Assembly (NCBI GenBank): GCA_964016885.1
Contig: OZ024741.1
Coordinates: 357,616,001-357,680,000 of the forward strand
Direction: 5' to 3'
Length of the DNA stretch: 64,000 bases
Source: Eledone cirrhosa
Taxonomy: Eukaryota
Shown here one piece after another: positions 38,681 through 52,356 of this stretch. The notes under the pieces are model-generated. The model had not been told where the DNA came from, ran no database searches, and saw only the letters and a list, made by a program, of their open reading frames with translations. The translations under genes were made by a program, and so were the position numbers. The stretch's first letter is position 1; each line of letters opens with the position of its first letter.

Positions 38681-39778
38681 GTTGAATAAGTTATATGAAA
38701 AAAATAAAACAACTGGGTTACATTTAATATAGTTGTTAGGTTGAACCTGGAAGAAAACTTAGTTTCTAATATAATGTTTCACATCCAGCATGTATGTTTT
38801 AAATTAAATGTCTTGTTAGTTTAACAATGGAAGAATTGAAAGGAGCTCGATTGCCTGCCTGTGCTTGGGGCATCAGTTGGCCTTAATCTGAGCCCTCTGT
38901 GTGTTTGTATGTATGCATCTATCGTATATATGTATGTGATGTGTATTTGTGTATGTTATATATAATATATGGTATGTATGTATGTGTGTATCTCTGTTGG
39001 TTGATAAAATCAACTATGAATTATATGTATGTGCTATGTATATTAATGTCATGAGTGTAAAATGTATATACAAGTTTACGTTAATTGCGATATATTTGTA
39101 GACTTAACGTATAAATAGGTCTGAAGATGTTTAGCTTTTTGTATATTTATAACTGATAAAACAAAATAGGATCCCAGTTTATATATATATATGATTTAAT
39201 AGCATTGAAAGTTGACCTCTCGTTTACAATAATGCAAGAAATGTTGGCCTGTGTACGGTATGTGTGTGTTTAAACACACATGAGCACACGCACGCACGCG
39301 CATTCATTTATTTACTTATTTATTTATTTACACATTCTTTCTTTAAAGGAGTGACTATAAGGAAATGTTGTTTGACATTGTTAGATCATTCTCCCAATAC
39401 CATTTCAACTAATGCAGCCTGCTAGAATACTTGTCTCCTCCATTCACAGATTGTCATAAGATACTTTCCAATATTTAAAAAATATATATATTCTATAGAC
39501 ATCTACATCCCTGAACAGTCAATATAACTAAGGATTGGAAATTTAAACAGCATTTCGTTGAAAAAAGAAATAACAAAAAAACCTTTATTTCCTGGGTTTT
39601 AACCACACGCTGTCAACTTTGTACTAGGACGTTCATCAAACTTTAACTGAGAAACTCTGCTTGCTATTGTAAGGTAGAACTAACTTGCCTTTTTTTTATC
39701 TTTTCTTTTTCATACATTACGATACTGACCCGAAATATTACTGAGTGACTTTAAAAACACCCTTTAAACTTAATAATT

Positions 39779-39844
<66 letters not shown>

Positions 39845-40354
39845 TTGTAAATAATTTCCTTTCTATAAAAAATAAATACCATTTCATGAGAGAATAACAT
39901 TATTAGATAAGAAATGTTAGAATGTCATGAGCAACTGTCAAACTTTACTGACAAATTCTGTAAAACCCTCCCTTTTTTCATGGCCCCCAGCCCAACATTT
40001 TTGTGGCCCCTTTTGGCTTCGTATGAACCCAGATTAGAGGTTGCTGGCTTATAGATTTACTTCCGATCCTGTTATATATATTTATTTTAAACAATATTAC
40101 ATCTATTCTAATTTCAATTCAAAACTGGTTGCAGGTCGTCGCTCTATTTACTTTAGTTATTCGTCTTTGTAATTATGAGATATAATGCTCATGTATCAAT
40201 AATAATGTTTATTCGTGGGTATTTAATGCTGTTTTTTGTACGAAGTTTACACGTTGTCTTTTCCACTCTGAAACAATGTATGATTTGTGTTGCCTTCAAC
40301 ATTAATAGATTCCACACACGCGTATAATATATATATATATAGAGATTACAATAA

Positions 40355-40393
<39 letters not shown>

Positions 40394-40539
40394 CTTGAGA
40401 ATATACTTTTCTGCCCAGTATTGTGTGATCCTTCAATTAATGTTTTGAATGTTTTAAGTACTACGATAATTTAAACATATATTTGTATGTATGTTTAAAT
40501 TATCGTAGTATTAAAAACATTAATTATATATATATGCAC

Positions 40540-40980
40540 GCACATACACACACGTGTATATGTCACAGTCAGCACTCAGACACTGCACGACGTGTGTGTA
40601 CCGAGCTGCCTAGCGCCAATATCTCGAATGTTGTTGTCTGTTGCATTTTTCATACATGCTGTCTAGTATTAAAAAAGAAAAAAAAACACCTGCTACACAC
40701 ACATCCATTAACATCTTTTCTATTTTTACACGTTCGTCTCACACACACCACTGCTTCCAAATGTCAACAAAAATGATCGTTCGATATACTCTGTTACATA
40801 TTAAATGTCTAGTGATTGTGTTTGAGTTTTCGGGCGCGTGTGAATTACCGGGTTTTTTTTTTTTTTGTTAATTGGATCTGTCTGGGGTAAGAGATTATGT
40901 CTGTAGTCTTTCTTCGTAACCCTTCGAGATCGTTGAGACTGGCTCAATTAACAATTCCGGCGCTCTTTTGCTTTGCAGGA
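40540..40980 (+). promoter_or_regulatory. CpG-enriched non-repetitive segment: candidate promoter, first exon and short intron
   Basis: Local CpG excess, CACGTG and CCAAT motifs, donor gg|gtaaga at 40887 and acceptor tttgctttgcag| at 40978. Confidence 0.4.
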
Positions 40981-41094
40981 TCCCTTAAAACTGAAATGGA
41001 ATTTGGTGTTAAAGGGGAAAGAAAAAAATATTACCGATAAGTTTTTTTGTTTTGTTTTACAGACTGTTTAGAGTTATACATACATCAGTCATTT

Positions 41095-41310
41095 AGACTA
41101 GAGGAAAAAAGAAACATGCAAAGAGCGACTTCCAGAGCATTTACATTCCGTGAAGGAAGAACTGGGCATAGGGATTTGTACGATAACTGTAGTGAATAAG
41201 GGCACGACATGAAGGGAGGAGGGTGAAAAACGAGTGAGTTAGGAGTGTCTTGAGGCAAGGTGGAGGCAAGGCTAGCCAGGTCCGAGAAACGGGCCACTAT
41301 GGAATGGCCC
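41095..41310 (-). mobile_element. Ancient CR1-group LINE 3' remnant
   Basis: Minus translation ..YRTNPYAQFFL..LWKSL..FP resembles RTxxYxxSFFPRTxxLWNxLP. Confidence 0.4.
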
Positions 41311-42349
41311 ATCCTTCGGTCTCAACAGGTTAGCTTGCTCATGAAATTAATGTACAAGTGGCTGAGCCTTCCACGGACAATAAACTTAATTCTCAGGGAC
41401 ATTCAGCATTTCACTGTGTGTGACAAGGTTGGCCCTTTTGAATTTCATGTACAGTCTATTTGACAGTCTTCCAAACAGTTTCTGTCTACCCAATTTTGCT
41501 TTCAAGGGTGTGTGTGGTAAATGACATTTGCCCAAGCTGCCACACAATAAGATCAAACCGTGGACATAATTATTACAAAGCAGATCTCTTAAACATTTGT
41601 CTAGGTTGCATCCACAGAAGGTATTATATTAGCAATAGAAAGACAGAGAGAGAGAAGACAATGTCTGTAGGTCAGAGATTAACTTGTAGGACAACTTAAA
41701 TGGACTATGAATATCACTAAAAAAAAAAAAAGACCAGCAAAATGACTTTATTGACATTTCATTTCTTGAACATGAATTTAAGAGGTACAAGTTCAATCTT
41801 AACTTGCTACTAAACCTGGGCTAAATTTATATGAAAAGAAACTGCCCACTTTAAAGTCTTCATATTCATATTGAAACGGTCCATAATTTTATGTGAGAAT
41901 GTTTTAAAGTAATGTTCTAACTAATAAAGTTATTTTGTTTAATTCTTCCAAATTTTTTATTTTCAAAATAATTGAAATACATATGCAGTAGAAATACAAT
42001 AACTGAACGCTTGTCTGAATTTAATATCATGGGGCTGAAAAAGTTTAAATATTCAATTTGTATAACAAAACTGGGCTTGGAGACTAAAAAAATTGAGAGA
42101 GGGGATGTTAGAAAAGAATATAAGTGACTTGAAATATAAACACAGGAAACAGTCTTCTCCTTGTGTTATTAAATATGAGCTTGTAAATCAATACAACTAA
42201 AACATCATACATACATACATACATACACACACAAACATACTTATAAATATGTGTATGTGTATGTGTGCGTGTGTGTGTGTGTGTATATATATATATAATA
42301 TATATGTGTGTGTGTGTGTTGACTATTTTTTTCAATATCCTCTAGTCTT

Positions 42350-43624
42350 TTTAACAAAGCTTTAATCTCCACCATGTGAACCTTGTACCTAACTAGAGAG
42401 GAAACTAAAATAGTATTAGCAACAAGCAAAACAATAATCAAGTTTGAAGGAAGCTACTGGGCATATCAAGTTGGGGTAAATAATTTTGATATCACTATGG
42501 GCTCTAGTGACTGAGCTCAAGTAACAGACCTCATTGACATGTATCTAATATACAAATTAAAAGAGGAATTCCGAGACCTATTGCGAAGCTTATATGGAAA
42601 TGACACCCTATTAATAGTCCAGATAATGAGAACATAGAAAAATAGTAATACGGTCCTTCTTGAAAAACATGGGCCTCAGAATATCATTCGGGCATAAGGC
42701 AGCCAACTTCCTCAATGTAATCTTTGAACTTGACTCTGAACTTTTCAAACTGTACTGTAAAATAAACAAGAACATGACATGCATTAATAATGATTTCTAT
42801 CTCTCCCATTCTATAATCAAATCAGTGTACATTTAAGAATCTCCTGACTCTCAGCAGACAAAGCTATCTTCAATGAGTGTGTGGGCTATTATAATGAAGT
42901 CCTTACTGGGGCCGGTTTCAGTAACAAAATTAAATTCATACTTAATGTGTGTGAAAATACAAATATATATTGCATAGAAAGCTATTAAAACCTGAAATAG
43001 CCACCAAATCATAGAACCCATACAAACACAACAAACACATCAGCAATAGCAATGAGATGAAAACCAGTGAGACTAAAAGTAGCAACCCAACCAGAATCCC
43101 TGTATATTTAAAAGCCAATAATACCACCCTACCAAAGCCAACCTCACTTGAGAACATATTTATAACCTTTTATATGGCACCCGTATTGGAACAAAAATTT
43201 CTAATGAATTCTTGAAATTAATTGATAAAAACTTCCCACAATCTCATAAATACCACAAAATTCTTAATAGATAAACAATCACTGTTAATCTACTGTGTTG
43301 AGAATTGATATCTTTATAACTATCTTAAATAGTAGGCAACTGAACACCTATAACAAAATCAATCCCACACCACAACAGCATCAATAACTAATGTGTCCAA
43401 GTTAAAACAACATTTGCACCCCTGCAGCATATTTAGAAAACATACAAACACAACATACTCAAGCTGCACTCCTTTTAACAGTCCCACCAAATACTAGAAC
43501 AGAACCCAGTAACTAGCAAGCTGGGGGGAAAAATTGTAACAGTAGCCTGAAAATTGCCTCTAGGTGGGAAATACCTGTATAGGAACATAGTGCACAAATG
43601 TGAAGTAACTTCCACCAGAGGTAT

Positions 43625-43668
<44 letters not shown>

Positions 43669-43965
43669 TGGTTTAACGGCAAACAATTTCAAAAAACCAC
43701 TCTATATGCACACTTATCCATTTATAAACCAAGTATATAGAAATCAATGGAACTCATGAAAAAAACCTGGCAGTTAGAACAGAGCAATGTCAACTACAAT
43801 ATTTTATGGCCTATCGTATGATCTGCAAAACCTTACGAGGACAAATGGTGAGAATGTGATCTCTGCTCAGTTGAAGTATTGGAGATTATAACCCTTAAGG
43901 AATTAATAAACTCCAGACACGATTGGATTTTTAATTGCTCACACAGATCGCTAAAAAATCTTTTC
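42350..43965 (+). mobile_element. Decayed Penelope-like retroelement (RT followed by GIY-YIG endonuclease)
   Basis: FDITMGSSD*AQVTDLI..LYGNDTL (cf. FDVTMGSYDGAEVCELVG..LYRDDGL); LGGKYLYRNIVHKCEVT..IGLTANNFKK; CDLCSVEVLEII..INSRH..CSHR; many stops and frameshifts. Confidence 0.8.
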
Positions 43966-44929
43966 TAGGTACATTGAGTATACAGCCTAGTGTACTAGAT
44001 TGTCTAGAATCCAATTAATTATATCTCTTCTCCCTAATTATGTACCACAGCAAGCCACTGCAGCTGATCTTCAAGGTCAATACAATATACTAAACACAAT
44101 CTGTTCCTCACAACACATGCGCATTAATAATGCTATAAATAAGTATGGATAACACTCTATCCAGATTACACTGATGTAAAATATGTTTTTATAGGAACCC
44201 TAATGCATCAATTTACACAATTTGAACTCACTAACTCTGCTCACAACAAAAACCACATCAAGACAAAATTATAAGATGATGCCAATTATTCCTATTTAGG
44301 TTCACCACAATAGATACCATCCCACTCTGTAATAAAACAACTTATCTTAAAATAATCATCCCCTCCTGCTTACAACTAAAATGCCTAACACACAATCTGC
44401 CTAAACAAACAAATTGCCACGCAGACCACATGACACCAACAGATAGGAGAAATTCAGGACAACAGCACATATAATAGATGTCTGAAAAGTAATTTCCTCT
44501 ACCTTAACATCTAATTAGGCCTATTTACCATATTTATAAGTCAAATTATACATAAACATTTAAAACCACTCCCTAGGATAGGACTATAGTAAATAGAACA
44601 TACTGCACTGATTGGATTACTGTCATTATCAAGAACATCCCACCAAATCCCACATGCTGATTTGTCACCTTTCTCTAAAACCGACTAGCTCACCTCAATA
44701 AAATTGAGCCCTCAACACAGCCGATCATAATCTCTCTGTAAAACTGTACTTATAATATCTTCTAGTGCCGTGAGCAGTGATTTATTGTGCATTTGTAATC
44801 ACCAATTTCGACTATTACAGGTACATACAATTACAGCAAAACACCTGTCAGAATTATTGATAGATGAAATACTAAATATCAATCTCTCAGCCTCTGTGAT
44901 TTTTCCACAACTTTTGGTCACTATGTATA

Positions 44930-45245
44930 CATGCATGGTCCCATAACTCACGAGGGAGTCATAGGGGCACCTATTCACATACAGCGTTTCTAGGGCAGTT
45001 TTAAAACCTGGCAGAGCCCATCTCCTCTCCAAGTCAGAATATAGCCGATTTCTTACAGAGAAGGTTAGATAGTGAGAAAATAGAAGTGAGAAAGAGATAT
45101 AGAATGGTACTTTTTTATCAGAATGGTACTTTTTTATCGACCTCAAACAGATGAAAGGCAAAGTTGAACTCAGAGAGCAGATAGACAGAACAAATACTGC
45201 AAAGCATTCTATCTGATGTTCTAACAACTCTACTAATCCGCTGCC
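44930..45245 (-). mobile_element. Composite SINE, same family as 6525-6866
   Basis: Colinear tail, spacer, core and head. Confidence 0.65.
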
Positions 45246-46430
45246 TTCTGATCTGTCTCTCTCTCTATAGATATATATAGACTAGACTGATTGGGGAACC
45301 ACGTTTTGCTCATACATTCTATATTTTGGTATTGTTTCTATGGCTAGATGTCCTTCGTAATGCCAACATCTTTACAAGTTGTATTGGATGCATTTGTTCA
45401 TGTCTCCAGCACTACCACTTTACAAAGATGTACTCTTATATGTGTGTGTATTTGAGAAAAAGAGAGATTAACTTTGTTTTTCTGTAACCAACTCCATTTT
45501 GCAAAGTTTATAAATGCATACTGTAAATAAATCACCCTCTTATCTGATCATATGGACTCTTGTGACAGAATAATTTGTTTGTTTCTGATAAACCCAAGGA
45601 GATGGTGTTAGATTGGATTCAATTTTAGTGAGGTGAGCTAGTAGGTGGTTTTAGTGAAAGTTGACAAATCACAGTTCAAATCTTACCAAAATCAACTTCA
45701 TTTGTTATCCATTCAGCAACCTTTAATGCTTATTATCATCATTTTACATCCATTTTTCTATGCTGTCATGGAGTAGACTGGTTGTTGCATACAAAGTCAG
45801 TACTTTTATGTGTCCATATGCTTAATTAGAACTATTGTGCTCCTGGACGGGTCAGGGACCATGTCTAGCTCAGCACATTCCAGTTTCTACTGCTGGATGC
45901 CCTTGCTTATGCCAACCACTTTACAGCATGTACTGGGTGTATTTTATCCTGGAATCAGCACTAGTGAGGTTGTGTCCTTAAATTGGCTGAAGATCCCTCT
46001 TGGCATGGTTTTTACAGCTGGATGCTCATCCTAATGCCAACCATTTCACAATGTACTGGATGCCTTTTATTGTGGCTTTAACAGTTGGCCTGCTTTCTAT
46101 GTCTGAATGCCTTTCCTACACACCAATCACCCTGCAGAATGTACTTTCTGTTCCTCTCCATTTGCATATCTTTTATGTGTCCATATGTTTGATTTTAAAG
46201 CAATCATTCCTATAGGCAGCAAATTGGCAGTCATTAGAACATCAGATAGAATGCTTTGCAGTATTCGTTCTGGTTTCTGCACTTTTGAGTTCAAAATCTG
46301 CCTGGGTTCACTTTGCATTTCATCCTTTTGAGGTGAATAAAAAAAACTACCAGTCACTTTCTCTCACTCTCGCCTTCTCTGTAAGAAATTGGCTGTTTTC
46401 AGACATTGTAAGGAAAGGTCACTGCCAAGT

Positions 46431-46646
46431 TTGACCCTTTAGCATTTAAACCGGCAGTATCCAGCCAGAACTCTCTGACCTCTTTCTGTTCAAACCAGCT
46501 GTAACTGGCCACTCATACTGATGTTAAGGTATTGTTCTCAAAATAAATAACATCAAAATCTCATAGATTTAATATTATGTGAGGTATAGCCTTTACCACA
46601 AAAATATAATATTAAATATAGAGTAATGTAAATACTGAAGGGTTAA
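46431..46646 (+). mobile_element. piggyBac-type MITE
   Basis: ttga|ccctttagcattt ... aatactgaaggg|ttaa. Confidence 0.87.
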
Positions 46647-47789
46647 AATGCCTAATACAAGCTGTATGTTACTATAGCACCCTTACACTTCATCGGGAGT
46701 TATATCTCCATACATACATACATACATACATACATGCAAACATTCATATAAAGCAATCATATAGCATATGTGGGTATCACAAATTTATTTGTGTATTTGT
46801 TTATTTGTACTCAGCATCTTTATGAAAACTAACAAGCGATAGAGGATAAACAAACTATATAGATAAATGCCAAGCTGGTATTTATCAGCTTTGGTTAATT
46901 TAAATCAGTATAGATTGACAACTATCATACTGGTTAACCTAAAGCAGTATATTGATGTCTGAGTGCCAAATAAGCCACCTACCTAATTTTACTTATTATT
47001 ATCATCATCTAAGTTTTTACATATCTCTTAAAACTAGAATAGAATAAATCACACAAATTTAAGTGCATTAATCTTTTGATAAGAGCTAGCTATGTGACAG
47101 TTTAGCCTAAAGCTATTGCCAGTGTTTATACTGCTAGACACTTAACAAATGGATGTTTTATCACTCACTCAACAGACCTCTGTTACTTTGGTAGGTGGTT
47201 TTTCTAATTAATTATCTTCATTATTAATTATAGTTATGCTATCCGATGTTCTTTACAATCAATTGAGTCCCATTTCACAATACTACTAATAGTTGGTCTT
47301 GAAAGAGTTAAATAACTGATCACACAATTTACTAGTTATATATAGATAACATTACACAGTCTTGTCAGCAGCTGAGTTTTAAAGAAAAATTTAATTCATT
47401 GACCACAATTTATTATAAACACTATACTGTTGTTGTCAGCCTATCAGCTTACGACACACACACGCACATAAATAGATATATAACTAAGTGGTAGGCTTAA
47501 ATTATTTTGGGAAAATATGTGTTTGTAAGATAAGTTTTCAGTTAACTTATTTGTTTTCTCACCAGTGAAGTAGTGTAAAGCAGACGTTTGTACACATATC
47601 TCATCTTTGTGGAGCCATCATCTTTGATATATCTCTATATAAGATCATTGTAGGATTTTTTTTTTTTTTTTTTTCATTTGTAAATGAGGAAAAAAGACCC
47701 CTCCCCCTCCCTGCAAAAAACAATGTTGTATTCAAAACCTAAAAATATCTGCCAAACATAGTTTATTGTTTCTTTTCTTTTTCTCCTCC

Positions 47790-47975
47790 ACCTTCTTCTT
47801 CGTCCACTTGTTCCTGAAATTTCCCAGGGTCTTATTGAAAGCAATTGTCTCCAAAGATCTGGTTGGATCCCCAAGTTAGACAAACCAAGGTCATGGATGT
47901 TATTCAACCATCTTGCTCATGGTCTACTTCTGGGTCTCCAGTCAGTTAGCTTTGCCCATAAAATCTGTTTTGCCT
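47790..47975 (-). mobile_element. RTE-group LINE 3' remnant
   Basis: Minus AKQILWAK..RWLNNIHDLGLSNLGIQPDLWRQLL followed by a GAA-rich tail. Confidence 0.45.
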
Positions 47976-49746
47976 TCGAATTTATTCAGCGAGACTGTCA
48001 ATGACTGGAATAAATAGCTTAAGCTACTCATTAAGCAATCTAATAATTATCATAATGATTTGTCTAATTACAAAACCAAACTTTTTAAGAGAAAACAAGC
48101 GGCCTATTGAATCAAACCTGTTATTATAGTCAGAAAGAATGTTTCACGATATGTTTTAAAAGGTTCCTGTTTAAATTAATGTCTTCACACATAATTTGAT
48201 ATAAGACTCATTTGTTACATTATATATAAGCCTTTTAATTAACTGATTAATAACTATAGTAAATCTTTCCAAATTCTTCATTAATTAATTCAAATACAAT
48301 GTATTTCATTAAGAATGTGTTAATAGAAGGGTTAACCAACAGTTGAGCATGATTATGGAAAATTTATTTTTAGGAGAAACTCCTTTCCTTTCAGATTTTC
48401 ATGCTAGAATTGATGTTATTTTCTTTTCCTTTGAATATGTCACTCAGATCTATTATTTGTTTCTGTGTGTCAATGCATGTTAATTTTGTATGCTTTATAT
48501 GTTATTTGATATTGTTTCTTTGAATTTGTTCCTCTTCCTCTCTATTTGCTTTTTCACTAGATCTTTTGTTATTCTCTAGGAAATTTGACAACCGGTTCTA
48601 TTTTTGTCCCGTTTTTAACAGTACAGATTTTGTGTTTTATTTGTTATATATAATCATTTACTGTGTATTCGTCCATGCATGCCTGGGTTAGATGGGTTGT
48701 CTTACTCATACGGATCTGTATTCTGGCATGGTTTCTACATCTGGATGCCCTTCCTAATGCCAACCACATTACAGTGGGGACTGAGTACTTTTTATTGTGG
48801 CACCAAAACAACCACCTAACAGTGAACTAGGTTCTTTATATTGTGTCACCAGCACAACCACCTTACAAGGTATGTGTCTGTGTGTGTCGTTTACATACAT
48901 CCCCTGGATATAGCATAACTACAGTTTAGTTTACACACACTCGCCTGATGTTCTCTCATAACTTTCTTAATAATACATATTTTGAGATACATTTTCCATG
49001 ATGTAGATTACGATTATGTTTAAGGAAATTATTATTATTGCATAATTCTTTTCTTTAATGCTTTTATTTACTGAATACTTAAGATCTACATTTGTAATAA
49101 ATAAAGTTAAACGTAAGCCCAGAAATTTTATCACTGGGCCTTCCGATTTCATGTTGATGATTTTTATCAACTAGAATAATGCCATAGATTTTATACTGGA
49201 ATGTAATGTCATTTCTACAACTGTGAATTGCAAAGGAAAAAAATGAACATAGCATACCCCTGCAAATTTCCATTACAATATATGCATTATTAAGAAAGTT
49301 ATGAGGACAGAAATATGTGAGTATGTGGTGTGGGAGGGGGATTAAACTTAAGTTATGTTCACGTCTTTAGCATTCCACCTTACATTCCATGATCAGCTAA
49401 AATTCACTCGCCACTAACAAGTCAGCACGTGTGCCTATGGTAGCGTGCATGATATGAATATATTTTTGTTCCTCTGTTTCCTTGTTATGCGTGAGTATTT
49501 GAACATATTTGTTTATATGAACATGAAATTCAGTAGCACACACCAGTGTGTGCTCATGCTTGTATACATGCTATATATTTTTGATTGATAGATAATTTGT
49601 CTTTTTTCTCTTTTTGTACATGACCGTAACAAGTAGTTTCAAAAGTGAAGCAAATATCAAGCTTGTGGAAGTTCACAGTTGTTAACAATTGTGTTTGTGT
49701 GTGTGTAAAGTTGATTATTTTATTTCTGTACAATATACCTACAAAG

Positions 49747-49795
49747 TTCGCTTTCCTTGGATGATGGTACTCAAAGCAGAGGTACTCAGCTTACG
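49747..49795 (+). CDS. Candidate 49-nt internal exon (xSLSLDDGTQSRGTQLT)
   Basis: Donor CG|gtgagc in phase 0, compatible with the phase-0 exon at 63534; weak aag acceptor; lies in unique sequence. Confidence 0.3.
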
Positions 49796-49908
49796 GTGAG
49801 CCAACAGCCTGTGTCTCGTTCACATATGTTCTTCCATTCTGCCGAGTGCATTTTATTGTGACACCAGCACTAGAGAGGTTGTCATGTCTTCGACACTGCT
49901 GAAGCGTC

Positions 49909-49944
<36 letters not shown>

Positions 49945-51261
49945 AACACACACATACTCTAAGTGTAGTCATTTTACACTTAGAAATGCCAAAAAATACA
50001 TGGTGTCACCTTAAAAAAACTGATTCCCACATGTCTGCAGTGCCATTCATAAAACTAAGGATTCCAAATTTAAATTTGTATATTGGAATAACCTTATTAA
50101 TAAACTTTTCTTTGGTTAGTTTTCTCATTTTCTAATTTTGGCACAAGGCCAGTAGTTTTAAGAGAGGAGAAAATCAATTACATTGACTCCAGTACTTTAT
50201 TTTATCAATCCTGAAAGGATGAAAAGTAAAGTTGACCTTGGTTGGATTTGAATTCAGAACATAAAGAGCTATAACTAAGTGCTGCAATGCATTTTAATAA
50301 TATTATAGATGTATGCTATATGTAAGCCATGCATTAGGATAGCTGTACATTTAAATTTTTAAGTTGAATTTTTGTGGAAAAGATTAGCTGAAATAATACT
50401 GCTTTAACTTTTTCTTCCTGTTTGATGTTTTAAACCTTTTGATACCATTTTCCTGAAACTGCATCCACATCTATATTAACTTTCCAATTTTATATAAGAA
50501 CTTTTTTTGAAAAGGTTATTTTACTAAAACGTCTGAATTCTTTGTTATTTTCAAGATTAATTGAAATACATATGCTGTGTTTAATGAGAAATATGGTACG
50601 TTATTTACTAACCCCATAAAAGGATAAAAGGGGAAGTTGATCTCAAAACAAAATTAAGTCTATATTTTCATGACTGCTAGAAAACTTAATATATCATTGT
50701 TTGTTGCATTGTTTACTAACTCTGGGTTTCTCCTATACAATCTATCTCTTTAGGTGTTTAATAACATTGAAAGTTGATAGCATATTTATGATGTGACAGC
50801 TTGTAAAATAGAGATGAGAATGAGTCACCCTAAATGAAAAGCTCAACTTAGTCAACCATTGACCCTTGTATATCTGTCAGCTGACAAACTTCAATGAACT
50901 TGTCATATTAACATGTTTCTTTAAAACTGGATTATTGGATAATGTAATCCTTTGTTGTTTCTATAAAACTCCACAAATGCTCTACTTTGCAGCACCTGTC
51001 TACGTTTTACACAAATAAGCTAATTAAGAGGATAAACATTTTGTTTGTTTATTTGTTTGGCGGGATGAGGGGATTGGACTGGCTTAAAGTGAACTTGTAC
51101 ATTCTTTCAGCTTCTTTGTTAGTGATTTGACAAATGTATTTATTAAAGGAAAATTTTATTTTATTCACTTTCTAATGAAAGACACTGTCTGCTTTTTTCA
51201 AACCATTTTGAAGAATTTTAATAGTATATAACGTTTTCATTATTAACCCATTTAGGGTGGT

Positions 51262-51478
51262 AGATTGGCAGTATCAGTAGAGAGTCGGACACCATGCTTT
51301 GCAGCATAGTTACGGCCCTTTATGATCTGAGTTCCAATCCCGCCGAGGTTAACCTTGCCTTTCATCCTTACGGGAGTCGATAAAATAAAGCACCAGTAAT
51401 GTACTGGGGTCGATTTAATCAACCCCCCCCCCCCCCCCCAAAAAAAATTACTGGCCTTGTGCCTACACTCCAAATCAT
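51262..51478 (+). mobile_element. tRNA-derived SINE with Meta-like core, full length
   Basis: tggcagtatcagtagag A box, gagttccaatcc B box, core, C-rich spacer, tail. Confidence 0.85.
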
Positions 51479-51536
51479 TATTAATCCATTTGATACCAAA
51501 TTGCTTGCAACTACTTCTACTACAAAACTGTTTGTT

Positions 51537-51713
51537 TTAACCCTTTAGCATTTACATTATATATATATATATATAATATATATCGAATGTATGACATTTT
51601 GATGCTATATATTTTGAGAAAATACTGTAATATCAGTATGAGAGGCCGGTTTGAATAGAAAGAGGTGAGAGAATTCTGGCCCGATACGGCCGGTTTAAAT
51701 GCTGAAAGGTTAA
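51537..51713 (-). mobile_element. piggyBac-type MITE nested at a TTAA inside the older TTAA-type element
   Basis: ttaa|ccctttagcattt ... aaatgctgaaagg|ttaa; flanks rejoin into the 17980-type element. Confidence 0.87.
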
Positions 51714-52356
51714 GGGATTTTTTCATGTCCCAAACACCAGCTTAATAATGTAAAAGTTAAATTAGGAAATCAAATTCTCGATTATCTTCAAAGTTATTTG
51801 AAAATTATTGGCAGTATCTTTCATTAGAAATATGGTAACAAAAGGGTGATGTTTGGAAAATAACAAAAACCCCTTACATAAAATTGATACGTTTTCAAAA
51901 AAATAACATTTTAAAACACAGTTCTGTATTCTGAAACCAGGGGCAGTTTCAGGCAGGTTAGTATCAAAAGGGTTTAAATATTTCTTACTATAGTTAAGAT
52001 ATCCTTGATGTTTAGTATTGTAGAATTAGAAGTTTTAGCTGATTTAGTCTAAAAAGGAGCTAACTTTTTCTACTATTATCAAAGCTTTTAGTCAGAGGAG
52101 TATATTTTAAAATGTGTGCATAGGCATAAAGCAGGGAAAAGCGGATGTAAAATGATAGCAATAATACCTTTTGTCACAATACTTGGCTTAGATTAATTAC
52201 ACAGGTCGACATTGTTGCACCTTTGCTCTAGATTCTCTTCAAATTCCACATTTTTGAGAATAGCATACATTTTTTTTTCTCTTATAAAACTATCATAATA
52301 CCAATTTATACTCTATTTCATTTTTATCTTGCCCTATATATATATATATATATATA

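Noticed and set aside
39115-39180. CTGAAGA followed by a loose stem (possible third hammerhead)
   Set aside because: No GAAA core or convincing stem II closure.
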